Source of the DNA: Candidatus Poribacteria bacterium
Lineage (GTDB): Bacteria; Poribacteria; WGA-4E; PCPOR2b
Length of the DNA stretch: 64,000 nucleotides
Assembly (NCBI GenBank): GCA_965198175.1
Contig: OZ240245.1
Coordinates: 2,365,382-2,429,381 of the forward strand
Reading direction: 5' to 3'
Below the pieces are notes generated by a model, which worked only from the letters and a program-made list of their open reading frames with translations, was not told the origin of the DNA and ran no database searches. The position numbers were made by a program, and so were the translations under genes. Below, piece by piece: positions 30,700 to 40,979 of the stretch; the first letter of the stretch is position 1; every line of letters starts with the position of its first letter.

Positions 30700-31800
30700 A
30701 GCAGATAGACACGGACAGTAAAAAGCAGTAAAATAAGGAACGAGGAGGTAAGTATGGTGAAACCAACCCGGCTTGATTACTGTCAGTATCTGCTGAGCAG
30801 TCCAATTAACTATACCTTAACGCACTTCGCCGACCACAGCGAAGATTTCAGTCATGATATGATAAACCGTTATCTGGCGGGAGATTGTATTCCTCCTCGC
30901 TTGGTGTGGGAAAACGTTAAACCTCATCTGGTTCAAGTTGAAGAAGGATATGTCATCTTTGATGACACGGTTTTAGATAAAAAGCACGCTAGGCATATTG
31001 AGTTAGTACGTCGTCAATACAGTGGCAACGCCCGGGGTGTTATCAACGGCATCGGAGTAGTTACTTGTGTCTATGTGAATCCACTGCTAGACCGTTTCTG
31101 GGTAATTGACTACCGGATTTACGACCCAGAAGGAGACGGCAAAACGAAGTTAGACCACGTCAGAGACATGTTATCTCTACTGGTCTACCAGAGACAACTT
31201 CTCTTTCAAGCAGTGCTGATGGACAGTTGGTATGCTACCAAAACCGTGATGCTACACATTGAAAACTTGGGAAAAGTCTACTACTGCCCACTAAAAACCA
31301 ATCGGCTGGTTGACGATTCAAACGCCAATAAACCGTACCAACGCATTGACAACTTAGCTTGGACACCGACCGAACTTCATGAAGGCAAACGTATCAAAAT
31401 CAAAGGGTTTCCCAGAGACCACAAGGTGAAATTATTTCGGGTGGCGTCTGATACCGGACGCACGGATTATGTCGTCACTAACGACTTAGCACAAAACGAC
31501 ACTTCAGTGACACAACAGGCGTGTAACTGGCGGTGGAAGATTGAGCAATTTCACCGTGAAGCCAAACAACTCACCGGTCTCGAAAAATGTCAATGTCGAT
31601 TGGCACGGATTGTTCGCAACCATATCGGTTGTGCATTGTTAGTTTGGATTCGACTTGCAACTATGGCGTACCAGACTGGACGAACCATTTATCAGGTTAA
31701 ACACGGGATGCTGGAAGCGTATTTACGACAACAGTTAAAATCTCCGGCTATTAACATGGCGCTTGCGTAAGTCCTAACGAAGTGTACCATCCCTTTTCTG
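30700..31800. mobile_element. IS element (IS4/IS701-like), boundaries approximate
   Basis: Contains a single DDE transposase gene. Terminal inverted repeats could not be resolved by eye. Confidence 0.45.
30754..31770 (+). CDS. DDE transposase, IS4/IS701-like
   Basis: 338 aa. Candidate catalytic D (FDDTV), D (LMDSWYA) and E (HREAKQ, with K downstream), in the typical IS4-type arrangement. Confidence 0.65.
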   Translation: MVKPTRLDYCQYLLSSPINYTLTHFADHSEDFSHDMINRYLAGDCIPPRLVWENVKPHLVQVEEGYVIFDDTVLDKKHARHIELVRRQYSGNARGVINGIGVVTCVYVNPLLDRFWVIDYRIYDPEGDGKTKLDHVRDMLSLLVYQRQLLFQAVLMDSWYATKTVMLHIENLGKVYYCPLKTNRLVDDSNANKPYQRIDNLAWTPTELHEGKRIKIKGFPRDHKVKLFRVASDTGRTDYVVTNDLAQNDTSVTQQACNWRWKIEQFHREAKQLTGLEKCQCRLARIVRNHIGCALLVWIRLATMAYQTGRTIYQVKHGMLEAYLRQQLKSPAINMALA

Positions 31801-31926
31801 CCATCTATGCGTCAATGAATCAAGTCAATCGATCGACGAATCCGGGGTTATTCACCTCTTTTTACTTCTTCTCTCAACGAGGTTTTCCACGACAGCTTGA
31901 CTCGTCAACTGTTATCGTGTCAATCG

Positions 31927-32607
31927 TCAATTTTCCTCATCTTCAAGGTGTTCCTGCAACGCGACCTGAATTTGCAAGATGGTATGTGCTATTGCATAAA
32001 GATTCGGATTAACTTCCAAGGCTCGTTGATAAGCATCTATTGCTTGTCTAAGGTGTCCTAACCTGAGATAACAGTGTCCCAGTCCCGCAAATGCGCCGAA
32101 GTGATAGGGATTAAGGGCAATCGCTTGCTCGCAATCATCAATTGACTTTTCCCACTCTTCTTGCATAAAGTAGGCAATCGCTCGTTGATTATACCCTTCA
32201 GCGAATTTCGGGGCGACTTGAATTACCGCTGTCAATTTTTCTATTGCATCTTCATACTGTTCTTTTTTTAATGTATCTTGCGCCCTCTTGAGCATTGCAT
32301 CGACTGATTCATTGCCAGAACGAAACCAAATCGCCCATAACGCCTGCTCGGCATTGGATCGCAACCCTGGATCTTCATGCTGAAGCGATTCAACCAAAGG
32401 CTGTACCGCTTGCGCGTCGCTGATGACTCCAAGTGTATAGGTCGCTGCGCGTCGGGTTGGGGCAATTTCGTGCGATAGCAACTCGATTAAAGTTTCCTGC
32501 GTGTAATTCTTATTCCTCAGCGCACGCTTCAAATCTTCTTTCTGTTCTTGATTCGGATAACGCAACAACAATTTTGCTAGATCAGAATGTCCATTACTTC
32601 CTGACAT
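31927..32607 (-). CDS. TPR-repeat protein
   Basis: Multiple 34-aa TPR units (W..A...G.CYLRLG....AI..YQ.ALE..P). Confidence 0.6.
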   Translation of the reverse strand: MSGSNGHSDLAKLLLRYPNQEQKEDLKRALRNKNYTQETLIELLSHEIAPTRRAATYTLGVISDAQAVQPLVESLQHEDPGLRSNAEQALWAIWFRSGNESVDAMLKRAQDTLKKEQYEDAIEKLTAVIQVAPKFAEGYNQRAIAYFMQEEWEKSIDDCEQAIALNPYHFGAFAGLGHCYLRLGHLRQAIDAYQRALEVNPNLYAIAHTILQIQVALQEHLEDEEN

Positions 32608-32965
32608 TGTCTATTCCTCAAGAAAGACGAGTGCATATTGAATGGAGTATATGGAACTCTTGTGCAGTGCGGTTCAGTATCGCTTGGAACGCCACAATGC
32701 GGCGCTTAGAAAATTATCAAATTTTGGGCGGCTTGATTGCTTTTCATCTTATCACACCGCCTGAACAATGACAAGGCAAAAGTGTTGAGTGGAGTTCATG
32801 AAGCGCTCTAATTTTAGAAATTTTAGCTGAGAAGGTGAGTTAGATTGGCGGTTAGGCTTGCGAAGATGTATTGATATTGGATATAATCAGTTGTTAAGGA
32901 AAACTGTCTATCTGTCAGATTTTCATATCCAGCGCCCTATTCGGGCAAATTAAGAGCTTTTTACC

Positions 32966-34000
32966 ATGTATACGCTCGAACCGCTGAATAGAGAACGTTC
33001 AGATGTGTGGGACAAAATTTTGAGTCATTGTCCGAACAGTACTGCTTTTCACTCAACCACTTGGCGCAATGCGCTGGCGGGTTCTTTCAAACAGTTGACT
33101 CCCACTTACTTTCTGATTAAGGAAAATGGCACGACGATTGGCGGATTGCCTGTTTTCGTTTTTCAACCTATTCCCAGTATCAAGATGTTACAGTCAATGC
33201 CGTGGAATCTGTCCGGTGGGATTCAACTGATCGAGGAATCATCGGTGAATCTCAACCTCCTGTTTCAAGCCGTTGAAAGTCGTTTGAATCGGTTCGTCAG
33301 TGAACATGGCCTCTGTGAAACGCTCTTCACCCTCTCGCCAAGCCAGACAGATGACCTTGGGCAGAAGTTGATTGAATTGGGGTATCGAAGGTGCGAGAAG
33401 CGCTTTACACACCTTCTCAAAACCCATCCGGATTACGATGTCGTCTGGACAGGCTACAAGAAGTCAATAAGAAAGGCGGTCAGAAAGGCGGTGAAATCAG
33501 GGGTATCGGTTTACGACACGGACAAGGAGAGCGATCTCGAAGCATTCTACGAGATTTACTTGGCAACGCAAAAGAAGGTCCGGGGTGTTCCCAAACCCTT
33601 GTCTCTGCTGAAATTTCTTTTTCACAGCGACCTTGCGAAGTTAGTAATCGCAAAACATGATGGATTGATTATCGCAGGGGTGCTATATTTGTACTTCAAC
33701 CGCACCGTAACGCCTTGGTGCGGTGGTTCTGTGCCTGAGTTTCTTGAGTATCGTCCGAACAACGTGATCCTCCATCACATCATCAAATGGGCATGTTCCG
33801 ATGGATATGCGTGGGTGGATCTCGGGGCGTCGCCCCCGGATAATCCTGGATTGATTGTTTACAAAGAACAGCATCGAGCAAAGCGATTTGATTTTTGTAG
33901 TTATTTAAAAATCCACTCTCCTATTAAAAGAGCGGTATGGCAAAGGTCTGAACCAGCACTCCGAAAGATCTACACTTGGGTGCAGCACGCGCGAAGTTAA
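32966..34000 (+). CDS. FemAB/GNAT-fold acyltransferase family protein
   Basis: 344 aa. N-terminal ...NSTAFHSTTW... and overall layout resemble the FemAB / CelD-like GNAT family. Confidence 0.45.
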   Translation: MYTLEPLNRERSDVWDKILSHCPNSTAFHSTTWRNALAGSFKQLTPTYFLIKENGTTIGGLPVFVFQPIPSIKMLQSMPWNLSGGIQLIEESSVNLNLLFQAVESRLNRFVSEHGLCETLFTLSPSQTDDLGQKLIELGYRRCEKRFTHLLKTHPDYDVVWTGYKKSIRKAVRKAVKSGVSVYDTDKESDLEAFYEIYLATQKKVRGVPKPLSLLKFLFHSDLAKLVIAKHDGLIIAGVLYLYFNRTVTPWCGGSVPEFLEYRPNNVILHHIIKWACSDGYAWVDLGASPPDNPGLIVYKEQHRAKRFDFCSYLKIHSPIKRAVWQRSEPALRKIYTWVQHARS

Positions 34001-34273
34001 ATGGCAGCAGGTCCATCCTGCCCCTAGTATCTGCGCTTCTTCGTAAAGAATACTGGGCCCACAGGTTATCCAGAGCGAATAAACTCAAATAAGTCAGGTG
34101 CTGTATTCATGCGACGCGGAGTAGTTTAGATTTTGCTTTCTGTTTTTTGTCATACGTGCTAGAATAGTCACCGAAGCATAATAACCTTCAGATTGGCTTC
34201 ACACGCCGGGTTGCTACAATCCATGCAACCTCTCACAGTTTTCTGAGGAAATTCAACAAGGAGGTGTACTAAA

Positions 34274-35083
34274 GTGAAAGCCGCATTTAGGAAACTAACC
34301 CTCGTATGCGTAAGTTCTAGTTTTCTTGGGCTGATAATCGCAAGCCCAAGTTATTCCAAAATTAACTCAGAAACCATCGTCGGAATCTGGTTACTTGATG
34401 AAGGTCAAGGAGATATAGCAAAAGACGCTTCTGGCAACGGCCATGATGGAGAGTTCATCGGTTTAAACCCTCAATGGGTAAAAGGCAAGTTCGGCAGGGC
34501 GTTTGAATTTGACGGACAGGATGATTCTGTCCTATTTAATGCCAAAGAACGTCCCGAACACGCTTTTATATTTCATCAGCCGACCGACGCGACATTCCTG
34601 TTTTGGGTGAAAAGACTCACGTTACCTCATGTTGCGATATTCTGGACGAGAGGGGATAACTCCGATAACGGTAGATTTAATGTCTATGCGGGCGCAGGTG
34701 AAAATTTTGGCTTCACTTACAAAGCTGATGATGGAACACCACATGGGATTTTTTCTCGCACAGTTGAACTCCCTTTAAAGGAATGGACGCACTTAGCAAT
34801 AACACGGGAAGGCAATACCTATGTTGCTTACAAAGATGGAATTATAGCGGACGAAACCGTTGATCCAGAACCAGACCTGCCCACAGCTAAAAGATGGATC
34901 GCTTCGGGCAGAGATGGTTTTCTTTTCAACGGCATCCTCGACGAAATTGCCGCGTTCAATGCCGTCCTGAGTGAAGAGGATATTAACAGGATCATGAATG
35001 ATGGACTTGAGAAATCAGCGCTCACTGTTTCCTTGGCTGGGAAACTGACGACAATTTGGGGACAAATAAAGCACGTGGAATAA
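34274..35083 (+). CDS. secreted LamG (concanavalin-A-like lectin) domain protein, array member 1
   Basis: GTG start after AAGGAGG. Signal peptide. LamG_3-like motifs (DASGNGHDGEF, KGKFGRAFEFDGQDDSV, WTHLAITREG, ILDEIAAFNAVLSEEDI). Confidence 0.6.
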   Translation: MKAAFRKLTLVCVSSSFLGLIIASPSYSKINSETIVGIWLLDEGQGDIAKDASGNGHDGEFIGLNPQWVKGKFGRAFEFDGQDDSVLFNAKERPEHAFIFHQPTDATFLFWVKRLTLPHVAIFWTRGDNSDNGRFNVYAGAGENFGFTYKADDGTPHGIFSRTVELPLKEWTHLAITREGNTYVAYKDGIIADETVDPEPDLPTAKRWIASGRDGFLFNGILDEIAAFNAVLSEEDINRIMNDGLEKSALTVSLAGKLTTIWGQIKHVE

Positions 35084-35417
35084 TTCTGGCTTGAAGCTTC
35101 CAGAATAAGGCATCTGAAAATTGCTTAGGAAATATGCACCAAGTTTTGCGCTGTCACAACATCAACAGAGATCCCACAGAAAGTCTAAGCGGCCCCATCC
35201 GCAGCCGAACTCGCGGAAGTCCGAGAGAATGTCCAAATTATTCAAAATTTGCCTTAGAAACCGTCGTCAAGGTCTGGGGATATTCGATTAAGGCAAAGGC
35301 GACGAGGATTTAGATTCTTCTGAGAGCGAGTTGCACGGTGTGATCGCCGGGAATCCCGCTTGGGTCAAAGGGGAGCTGAAGCAAAATAGAACCCATCAAA
35401 ACCAAAGGAGGACAGCG

Positions 35418-36212
35418 ATGCGTGCTTTAATATTCGCGCTTTTGACAATTGCTTTGATTTATGCTTTTTCCTTCACAGCAGAGGCGGCAATCAACCCGGA
35501 AGCTATAGTGCTTTCGTTGTCGTTTGACGAAGGAGCAGGTGAAGAAGCTAAGGACGCCTCCCCACTCGGGAACAACGTGTTTTTCGTTGAAGGGGCGAAA
35601 TGGGGTGAGGGAAAATTCGGAAAGTGTGTACGGTTGAAAAAGACCGCTCACCTAGAGACTGAGATGCCAAACCTTGAGCTACACAATACTGATTTGACGA
35701 TGGCAATGTGGGTTAACTTCGCCGAGGAACCCGGCTGGGTTGCGCTTATGAGTCACGATGAAGGCGCGCAAATAGGCGCGAAAAAATGGGCCTGGTGGTA
35801 TTCGGCCGGCGCGTTCGTTTTCTATATTGATGACGCAGATGAAAAGCGCGAGTGGGTGCGTTCCGATTTCTTTGGGACACCAGAGCTTAATCGGTGGTAT
35901 CACCTCGCGTTTGTCAAGCAGAATGACCTACATACACATTATGTGGACGGTGAACCGTTTGGGGAGGAAGAAAAAAAAGCGCCTGTACCCGAAGCAATTA
36001 TAGGGCCATTATCCATCGGTGCGACAGGTATTAGGTATTTTTTCCAGGGTCTACTGGACGAGGCTTTGATTGTGCGGCAAGCGTTAAGCCAGAACGACAT
36101 CCAGAAGCATCTCGACGGCGGCGTTGACGGAATCCTGGCGGTCGACCCGGGTGGAAAACTCGCAACTAGATGGGGCAGCCTGAAGATGGAACGCAATTTG
36201 TCCGGCAATTGA
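35418..36212 (+). CDS. secreted LamG-domain protein, array member 2
   Basis: Signal peptide MRALIFALLTIALIYAFSFTAEA. Shares the core LSFDEG.GEEAKDAS..GN, AKWGEGKFGKCVRL, LAMWVNF, NRWYHLAFVKQ, FQGLLDEALIV.QALSQNDIQKH and KLATRWGSLKM with members 3-6. Confidence 0.65.
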   Translation: MRALIFALLTIALIYAFSFTAEAAINPEAIVLSLSFDEGAGEEAKDASPLGNNVFFVEGAKWGEGKFGKCVRLKKTAHLETEMPNLELHNTDLTMAMWVNFAEEPGWVALMSHDEGAQIGAKKWAWWYSAGAFVFYIDDADEKREWVRSDFFGTPELNRWYHLAFVKQNDLHTHYVDGEPFGEEEKKAPVPEAIIGPLSIGATGIRYFFQGLLDEALIVRQALSQNDIQKHLDGGVDGILAVDPGGKLATRWGSLKMERNLSGN

Positions 36213-36303
36213 TGGATTAATCCCTCAAATATTCAGTCCACTTCCGGCAAGATGGAAGGGCAATACCAAATTGAAAGCTAATCAGCGGCTAGGGAGGAAA
36301 ACA

Positions 36304-37101
36304 ATGCGTGTTTCGATATCCATGTTCTTAATGATAGTTTCGGTGTGGACGTTTCCATTCGGAGCAGAGGCGGCAATCAACCCGGAAGCTATAGTGCTTG
36401 CGTTGTCGTTTGACGCAGGAGAAGGTGAAGAAGCTAAGGACGCCTCCCCACTCGGGAACAACGTCTTACTCGTAGAAGAGGCAAAATGGGATGAAGGGAA
36501 GTTGGGTAAGTGTGTGCGACTTAAAAAGACCGCTCACCTAGAGACTGAGATGCCAAACCTTGAGCTACACAATACCGATTTGACGCTGGCGATGTGGGTA
36601 AACTTCGCCGAGGAACCCGGCTGGGTTGCCCTGATGAGTCACGATGAAGGCGCTGGATTAAATCTCAAGAAATGGGCTTGGTGGCTTCAGTCCGGTACGT
36701 TCGTGTTCCACATTGATGATGCGATTGAGAAGCGCGAATGGATCCGTTCCGATTTCTTTGGTGCACCGGAACTCAACCGGTGGTACCATCTCGCGTTTGT
36801 CAAACAGAAGGCCCTACATACGCATTATGTAGACGGTGAACCGTTTGGGGATGAGGAAAAAAAAGCACCTATTCCCGAAGCAATTGAAGGACCATTCTCT
36901 ATCGGTGCGACGGGTATTAGGTACTTTTTCCAAGGCTTGCTAGATGAAGCATTGATCGTAAAGCAGGCGTTGAGCCAGAACGACATTCAGAAGCATTTCG
37001 CTGGCGGCGTTGCCCGCATTCTAGCAGTGGAGCCGGGTGGAAAGCTCGCAACCAGATGGGGCAGCCTGAAGATGGGACGCGGCTATTCTTACGGTCAATG
37101 A
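36304..37101 (+). CDS. secreted LamG-domain protein, array member 3
   Basis: Close paralog of member 2 (about 85% aa identity). RBS-supported ATG at 36304. Confidence 0.65.
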   Translation: MRVSISMFLMIVSVWTFPFGAEAAINPEAIVLALSFDAGEGEEAKDASPLGNNVLLVEEAKWDEGKLGKCVRLKKTAHLETEMPNLELHNTDLTLAMWVNFAEEPGWVALMSHDEGAGLNLKKWAWWLQSGTFVFHIDDAIEKREWIRSDFFGAPELNRWYHLAFVKQKALHTHYVDGEPFGDEEKKAPIPEAIEGPFSIGATGIRYFFQGLLDEALIVKQALSQNDIQKHFAGGVARILAVEPGGKLATRWGSLKMGRGYSYGQ

Positions 37102-37184
37102 AGCAATATCCCAAGAAATTCAATCTGCTTCCAGCGACTTGGCGGGTCGATTATCAATACATCCACGACAATAGAGTGACAATA

Positions 37185-37985
37185 ATGCGTGCTTCGAGAT
37201 TCATATGTTTAACGATTGCTTTGGTGTGGGCTCCTTCCTTCAGTGCGAATGCGGGAATCAATGCGGACGCAGTTGTGCTCGCGCTGTCGTTTGACGAAGG
37301 AGAGGGCGAAGAAGCCGTAGACGCATCTCCAAAGAGAAACGACGCAACTCTGGTACAGGGCGCTAAATGGGGTGAAGGAAAGTTTGAAACATGCGTCCGT
37401 TTAAAAAAGATTGCCCATGTAGAGGTTGCAAACCATCCAACCCTTGATTTGCACGACACTGACTTTACGCTGGCAATGTGGATGAACTTTTCCGACGAAC
37501 CCGGCTGGTATAACCTGATGGCACACAGTGAGGGGCCTGGAGGAGATGATAAGAAGTGGTTCTGGATGTTCTCTGGCGGCAAGTTCAAATTCCACATCTT
37601 TAACCCGGGAGGCGAGCTAGTGTGGATAGATTCCGACTTCTTTGGGTTCCCTGAGCTTAACCGTTGGTACCACCTCGCCTTGGTCAAGCAGGGTGACCAG
37701 TACAGTTTTTTTCTGGATGGCGAACTGTTCGGGGAATCAGTAAAAGACTTGCCTGTTCCCAAGGAGATTAACAACGCTCTCACCATTGGATGGTCGCAAG
37801 AAGATCGCTATTTTCAGGGCCTTCTAGATGAGGTGTTCATTGTGAAACAGGCACTGACCCAAGACGATGTCCAAAGGCATCTATCCGGTGGCATCCAAGG
37901 GATTTTAGCTGTCGAACCCGGTGAGAAGTTTACGACCAGATGGGGTAGCTTGAAGATAGGACACGGATTGTCCAATGACCGATGA
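37185..37985 (+). CDS. secreted LamG-domain protein, array member 4
   Basis: Paralog with signal peptide MRASRFICLTIALVWAPSFSANA. ATG at 37185. Confidence 0.65.
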   Translation: MRASRFICLTIALVWAPSFSANAGINADAVVLALSFDEGEGEEAVDASPKRNDATLVQGAKWGEGKFETCVRLKKIAHVEVANHPTLDLHDTDFTLAMWMNFSDEPGWYNLMAHSEGPGGDDKKWFWMFSGGKFKFHIFNPGGELVWIDSDFFGFPELNRWYHLALVKQGDQYSFFLDGELFGESVKDLPVPKEINNALTIGWSQEDRYFQGLLDEVFIVKQALTQDDVQRHLSGGIQGILAVEPGEKFTTRWGSLKIGHGLSNDR

Positions 37986-38052
37986 AGTAATCTCTTGAAA
38001 TAACTATCCAATTTCAGCAAGACGACGCAACAATACACAATAGGGTACAGCG

Positions 38053-38850
38053 ATGCGCGTTACGAGATTCACTTTATTTTTGATTGCTACGCTGTGGGCG
38101 TTATCCTTCACAGTGGCGATTGCAATCGAGCGTGACGCTATTATATTGGCGTTGCCGTTTGACGAAGGAAAGGGCAGAGAAGCCAAGGACGTCTCCATGC
38201 ACGGAAATCACAGCGTCCTATCGGACACCGCCAAGTGGGCACAGGGGAAAATTGGGATGTGTGCACGCTTGAAGGACGCCTACGTGGAAGTGGCGAATCA
38301 CCCAAGTCTCAGCCTGCATAACACCGACTTTACAATGGCGATTTGGATAAAGTTTACCGAGGAGGCAGGCTGGTATGACCTAATGGCTCACAGCGAAGGC
38401 GGTGGAGGTGATGATAAACAGTGGATTTGGCTGCTTTCCGGCGGAAAATTCAAATTCCACCTTCATAACAGAGGAGTTGATATTACGTGGATCGACTCCG
38501 ATTTCTTTGGGTTTCCTGAGCTTGACCGCTGGTACCACCTCGCTCTTCTAAAGCAGGGGAACCAATACACGCATTATCTAGATGGCGAATTGTTCGGGGA
38601 AGAGATGGATGATACCCGCATCCCAGATGAAATCAATCACCCACTCACCATCGGTACGGGACCAGGCGAATTCTTTATACAAGGATTCGTAGATGAGGCT
38701 TTCATCACACGGCAGCCATTGACACAGAACGACATCCGTAACCATTTTGCTGGCGGCATCCAGGGCATTTTGTCAGTTGAACCGAGTGAGAAACTCGCAA
38801 CCAAATGGGGTTATTTGAAGATGGGACACAATGTGTCTCGCCTACAATGA
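38053..38850 (+). CDS. secreted LamG-domain protein, array member 5
   Basis: Paralog with signal peptide MRVTRFTLFLIATLWALSFTVAIA. Confidence 0.65.
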   Translation: MRVTRFTLFLIATLWALSFTVAIAIERDAIILALPFDEGKGREAKDVSMHGNHSVLSDTAKWAQGKIGMCARLKDAYVEVANHPSLSLHNTDFTMAIWIKFTEEAGWYDLMAHSEGGGGDDKQWIWLLSGGKFKFHLHNRGVDITWIDSDFFGFPELDRWYHLALLKQGNQYTHYLDGELFGEEMDDTRIPDEINHPLTIGTGPGEFFIQGFVDEAFITRQPLTQNDIRNHFAGGIQGILSVEPSEKLATKWGYLKMGHNVSRLQ

Positions 38851-38933
38851 AGCAATGCGCCAAGAGATCCAATCCGATTCCAGAAACGTGGAGAGTGAAC
38901 TATAAACTCATCATCAGCATTGGAGTAACAACG

Positions 38934-39737
38934 ATGTGTATTTCAAAGTTCATGTTATTGACGATTGCTTTACTGTGGGCGTTTCCCTTCACCGTATCAA
39001 CAGCAATCGACCAAGACGTTATTGTACTAGCGCTGTCGTTTGACGAGGGAAAAGGCAGAGACGCCAAGGACATCTCCTCACAGGGAAACCACGGCGTCCT
39101 ATCAGAGACTGCCAAGTGGGCACAGGGGAAAATCGGAATGTGCGCACGCCTAAAGAACGCATATGTAGAAGTGGCGAACCACCCAACACTCAGTCTGCAC
39201 GACACGGACTTTACGATGGCGATCTGGTTAAATTTTGCTGAAGAGGAAAGTTGGTATGACCTAATAGCGCACAACGAAGCACCCGCAATAGATGTCAAGA
39301 AATGGATCTGGATGTTTGCCGGTGGCAAATTTAAATTCCACATTAACGACAGAGGGGTTAAGATTGCGTGGATTGACTCCGAATTCTTCGGGTTTCCCGA
39401 GCTTGACCGCTGGTACCACCTCGCTCTTGTCAAGCAGGGAAACCAATACACGCATTATTTGGATGGAGAATTCTTTGGAGAAGAAACGGATGACACCCCC
39501 ATCCCCGATGAAATCGATCACGTACTCACAATCGGCTCGGGACCAGGCGATCGGTTTATCCAAGGATTTGTGGATGAGCTTTTCATCACGCGGCAGCCAT
39601 TGACACAGAACGATATCCTTAACCATTTTGCTGGGGGCGTCCAGGGCGTTTTGTCAGTTGAGTTAGGAGACAAACTCGCAACTAGATGGGGAGACCTAAA
39701 GACTGGTCGGACATCCCTTCCTTCGAATCCTCCGTAA
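38934..39737 (+). CDS. secreted LamG-domain protein, array member 6
   Basis: Close paralog of member 5. Signal peptide MCISKFMLLTIALLWAFPFTVSTA. Confidence 0.65.
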   Translation: MCISKFMLLTIALLWAFPFTVSTAIDQDVIVLALSFDEGKGRDAKDISSQGNHGVLSETAKWAQGKIGMCARLKNAYVEVANHPTLSLHDTDFTMAIWLNFAEEESWYDLIAHNEAPAIDVKKWIWMFAGGKFKFHINDRGVKIAWIDSEFFGFPELDRWYHLALVKQGNQYTHYLDGEFFGEETDDTPIPDEIDHVLTIGSGPGDRFIQGFVDELFITRQPLTQNDILNHFAGGVQGVLSVELGDKLATRWGDLKTGRTSLPSNPP

Positions 39738-39944
39738 GCCCGGATGTAAAATGTCGATTTGGAATAACTTAGAACTTAAGTGATATGGTTTGTGCATGCA
39801 TTTTGTTGAGGTTTGAAGGCGCTGAGTCTAGGTGTCACGTGCATAATGCTGCTTGAAGATGATTGATTCTTCGTCTAACAGAAGTGTCCACGGCGACTAG
39901 ACTGACGCCCACTTTCAGGTTATCGCAACCATGGGAAAAATATC

Positions 39945-39958
39945 TTGCTAAATAGCAA
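39945..39958. promoter_or_regulatory. perfect palindrome TTGCTA-AA-TAGCAA, candidate operator, ~80 bp upstream of the first PhyH gene
   Basis: 6-2-6 inverted repeat seen directly in the sequence, positioned in the intergenic region before 40038. Confidence 0.25.
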
Positions 39959-40037
39959 AGGTTTGGCTATCGTACAAACATGAAGCCAACTTGAGAAATT
40001 GGTTTTTTCGTTTGTTTCAATTATAGGAGATAAGGAA

Positions 40038-40889
40038 ATGGGTGAGTTGTTTACAGAAGAAGAAGTCAACCGATTCCATCGAGATAGTTTTATCATTGTC
40101 GAGAACTTTCTGGATGCGGAGGAGACTCAACTCCTTTATGAGGCAGCCAAAGGAGACTATGTACTGATGCAACACGCTCACGAGGTTAAGGACACAGAAG
40201 GGAAGAACTCTAAGCTGGCGCTTTGGGATCAACCTGGCAACGACATCTACGGGCTGATTGCTAAAAGCCATAAGATGGTGGACAGGATAGAGCAGTTGCT
40301 CGGCGCCGAAGTATATCACTACCATTCCACGATGATGCTCAAAGAACCCCGGGTCGGCGGAGCGTGGGAATGGCATCAGGACTATGGATACTGGTATCAC
40401 TACGGCTGTCTATTCCCAGATGTTGCCGCGTGTATGGTCGCGATTGATGAGCAGACGGAAGAAAACGGCTGCCTACAGGTGATTAAAGGATCACACCGGC
40501 TAGGACGTTTGGATCATGTGGAACAAACCTCTGCGGGCAGTACCCAGACCAGTATCGATCCAGAACGCATAGAAGCCATCCTAGCACGCATGGAATTGGT
40601 CTATTGTGAAATGCCGCCAGGCGCCGGGATTTTCTTTCATGGCAATATCCTACACCGATCCGATGCGAATCTGAGCGACAAACCCCGCTGGGCGCTGAGA
40701 TGTGTTTATAACACGGTTTACAATGACCCCTACAAAGATATCAAACATGCCCGCTATACGCCGCTACAGAAGGTTCCCGATTCGGCAATCAAAGCCGGCG
40801 CCGCTAAAATCAGTGACTCTGCCAAAGAATATTACTCCGGAGAATCACTGCGAACTTCTCGACCCGATGCTTCCGAATCCTCATCCTGA
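40038..40889 (+). CDS. PhyH-family Fe(II)/2-oxoglutarate dioxygenase
   Basis: RBS AGGAG before the ATG. PhyH-type motifs (WHQDYGYW with His-x-Asp, distal FHGNILHRS). Confidence 0.6.
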   Translation: MGELFTEEEVNRFHRDSFIIVENFLDAEETQLLYEAAKGDYVLMQHAHEVKDTEGKNSKLALWDQPGNDIYGLIAKSHKMVDRIEQLLGAEVYHYHSTMMLKEPRVGGAWEWHQDYGYWYHYGCLFPDVAACMVAIDEQTEENGCLQVIKGSHRLGRLDHVEQTSAGSTQTSIDPERIEAILARMELVYCEMPPGAGIFFHGNILHRSDANLSDKPRWALRCVYNTVYNDPYKDIKHARYTPLQKVPDSAIKAGAAKISDSAKEYYSGESLRTSRPDASESSS

Positions 40890-40979
40890 TGGTTCGTTTG
40901 ATGGATCCCACAAAATACTAAATTCCAACCCGATTCGGAATCATCAAATAGAACGTTTGAACTTAATCCACGAAAATAG

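Noticed and set aside
35331-38933. Long N-terminal extensions of LamG array ORFs (35331, 36271, 37056, 38805)
   Set aside because: Each has an internal ATG with an RBS that directly precedes a canonical signal peptide. The extensions are just translated intergenic spacer.
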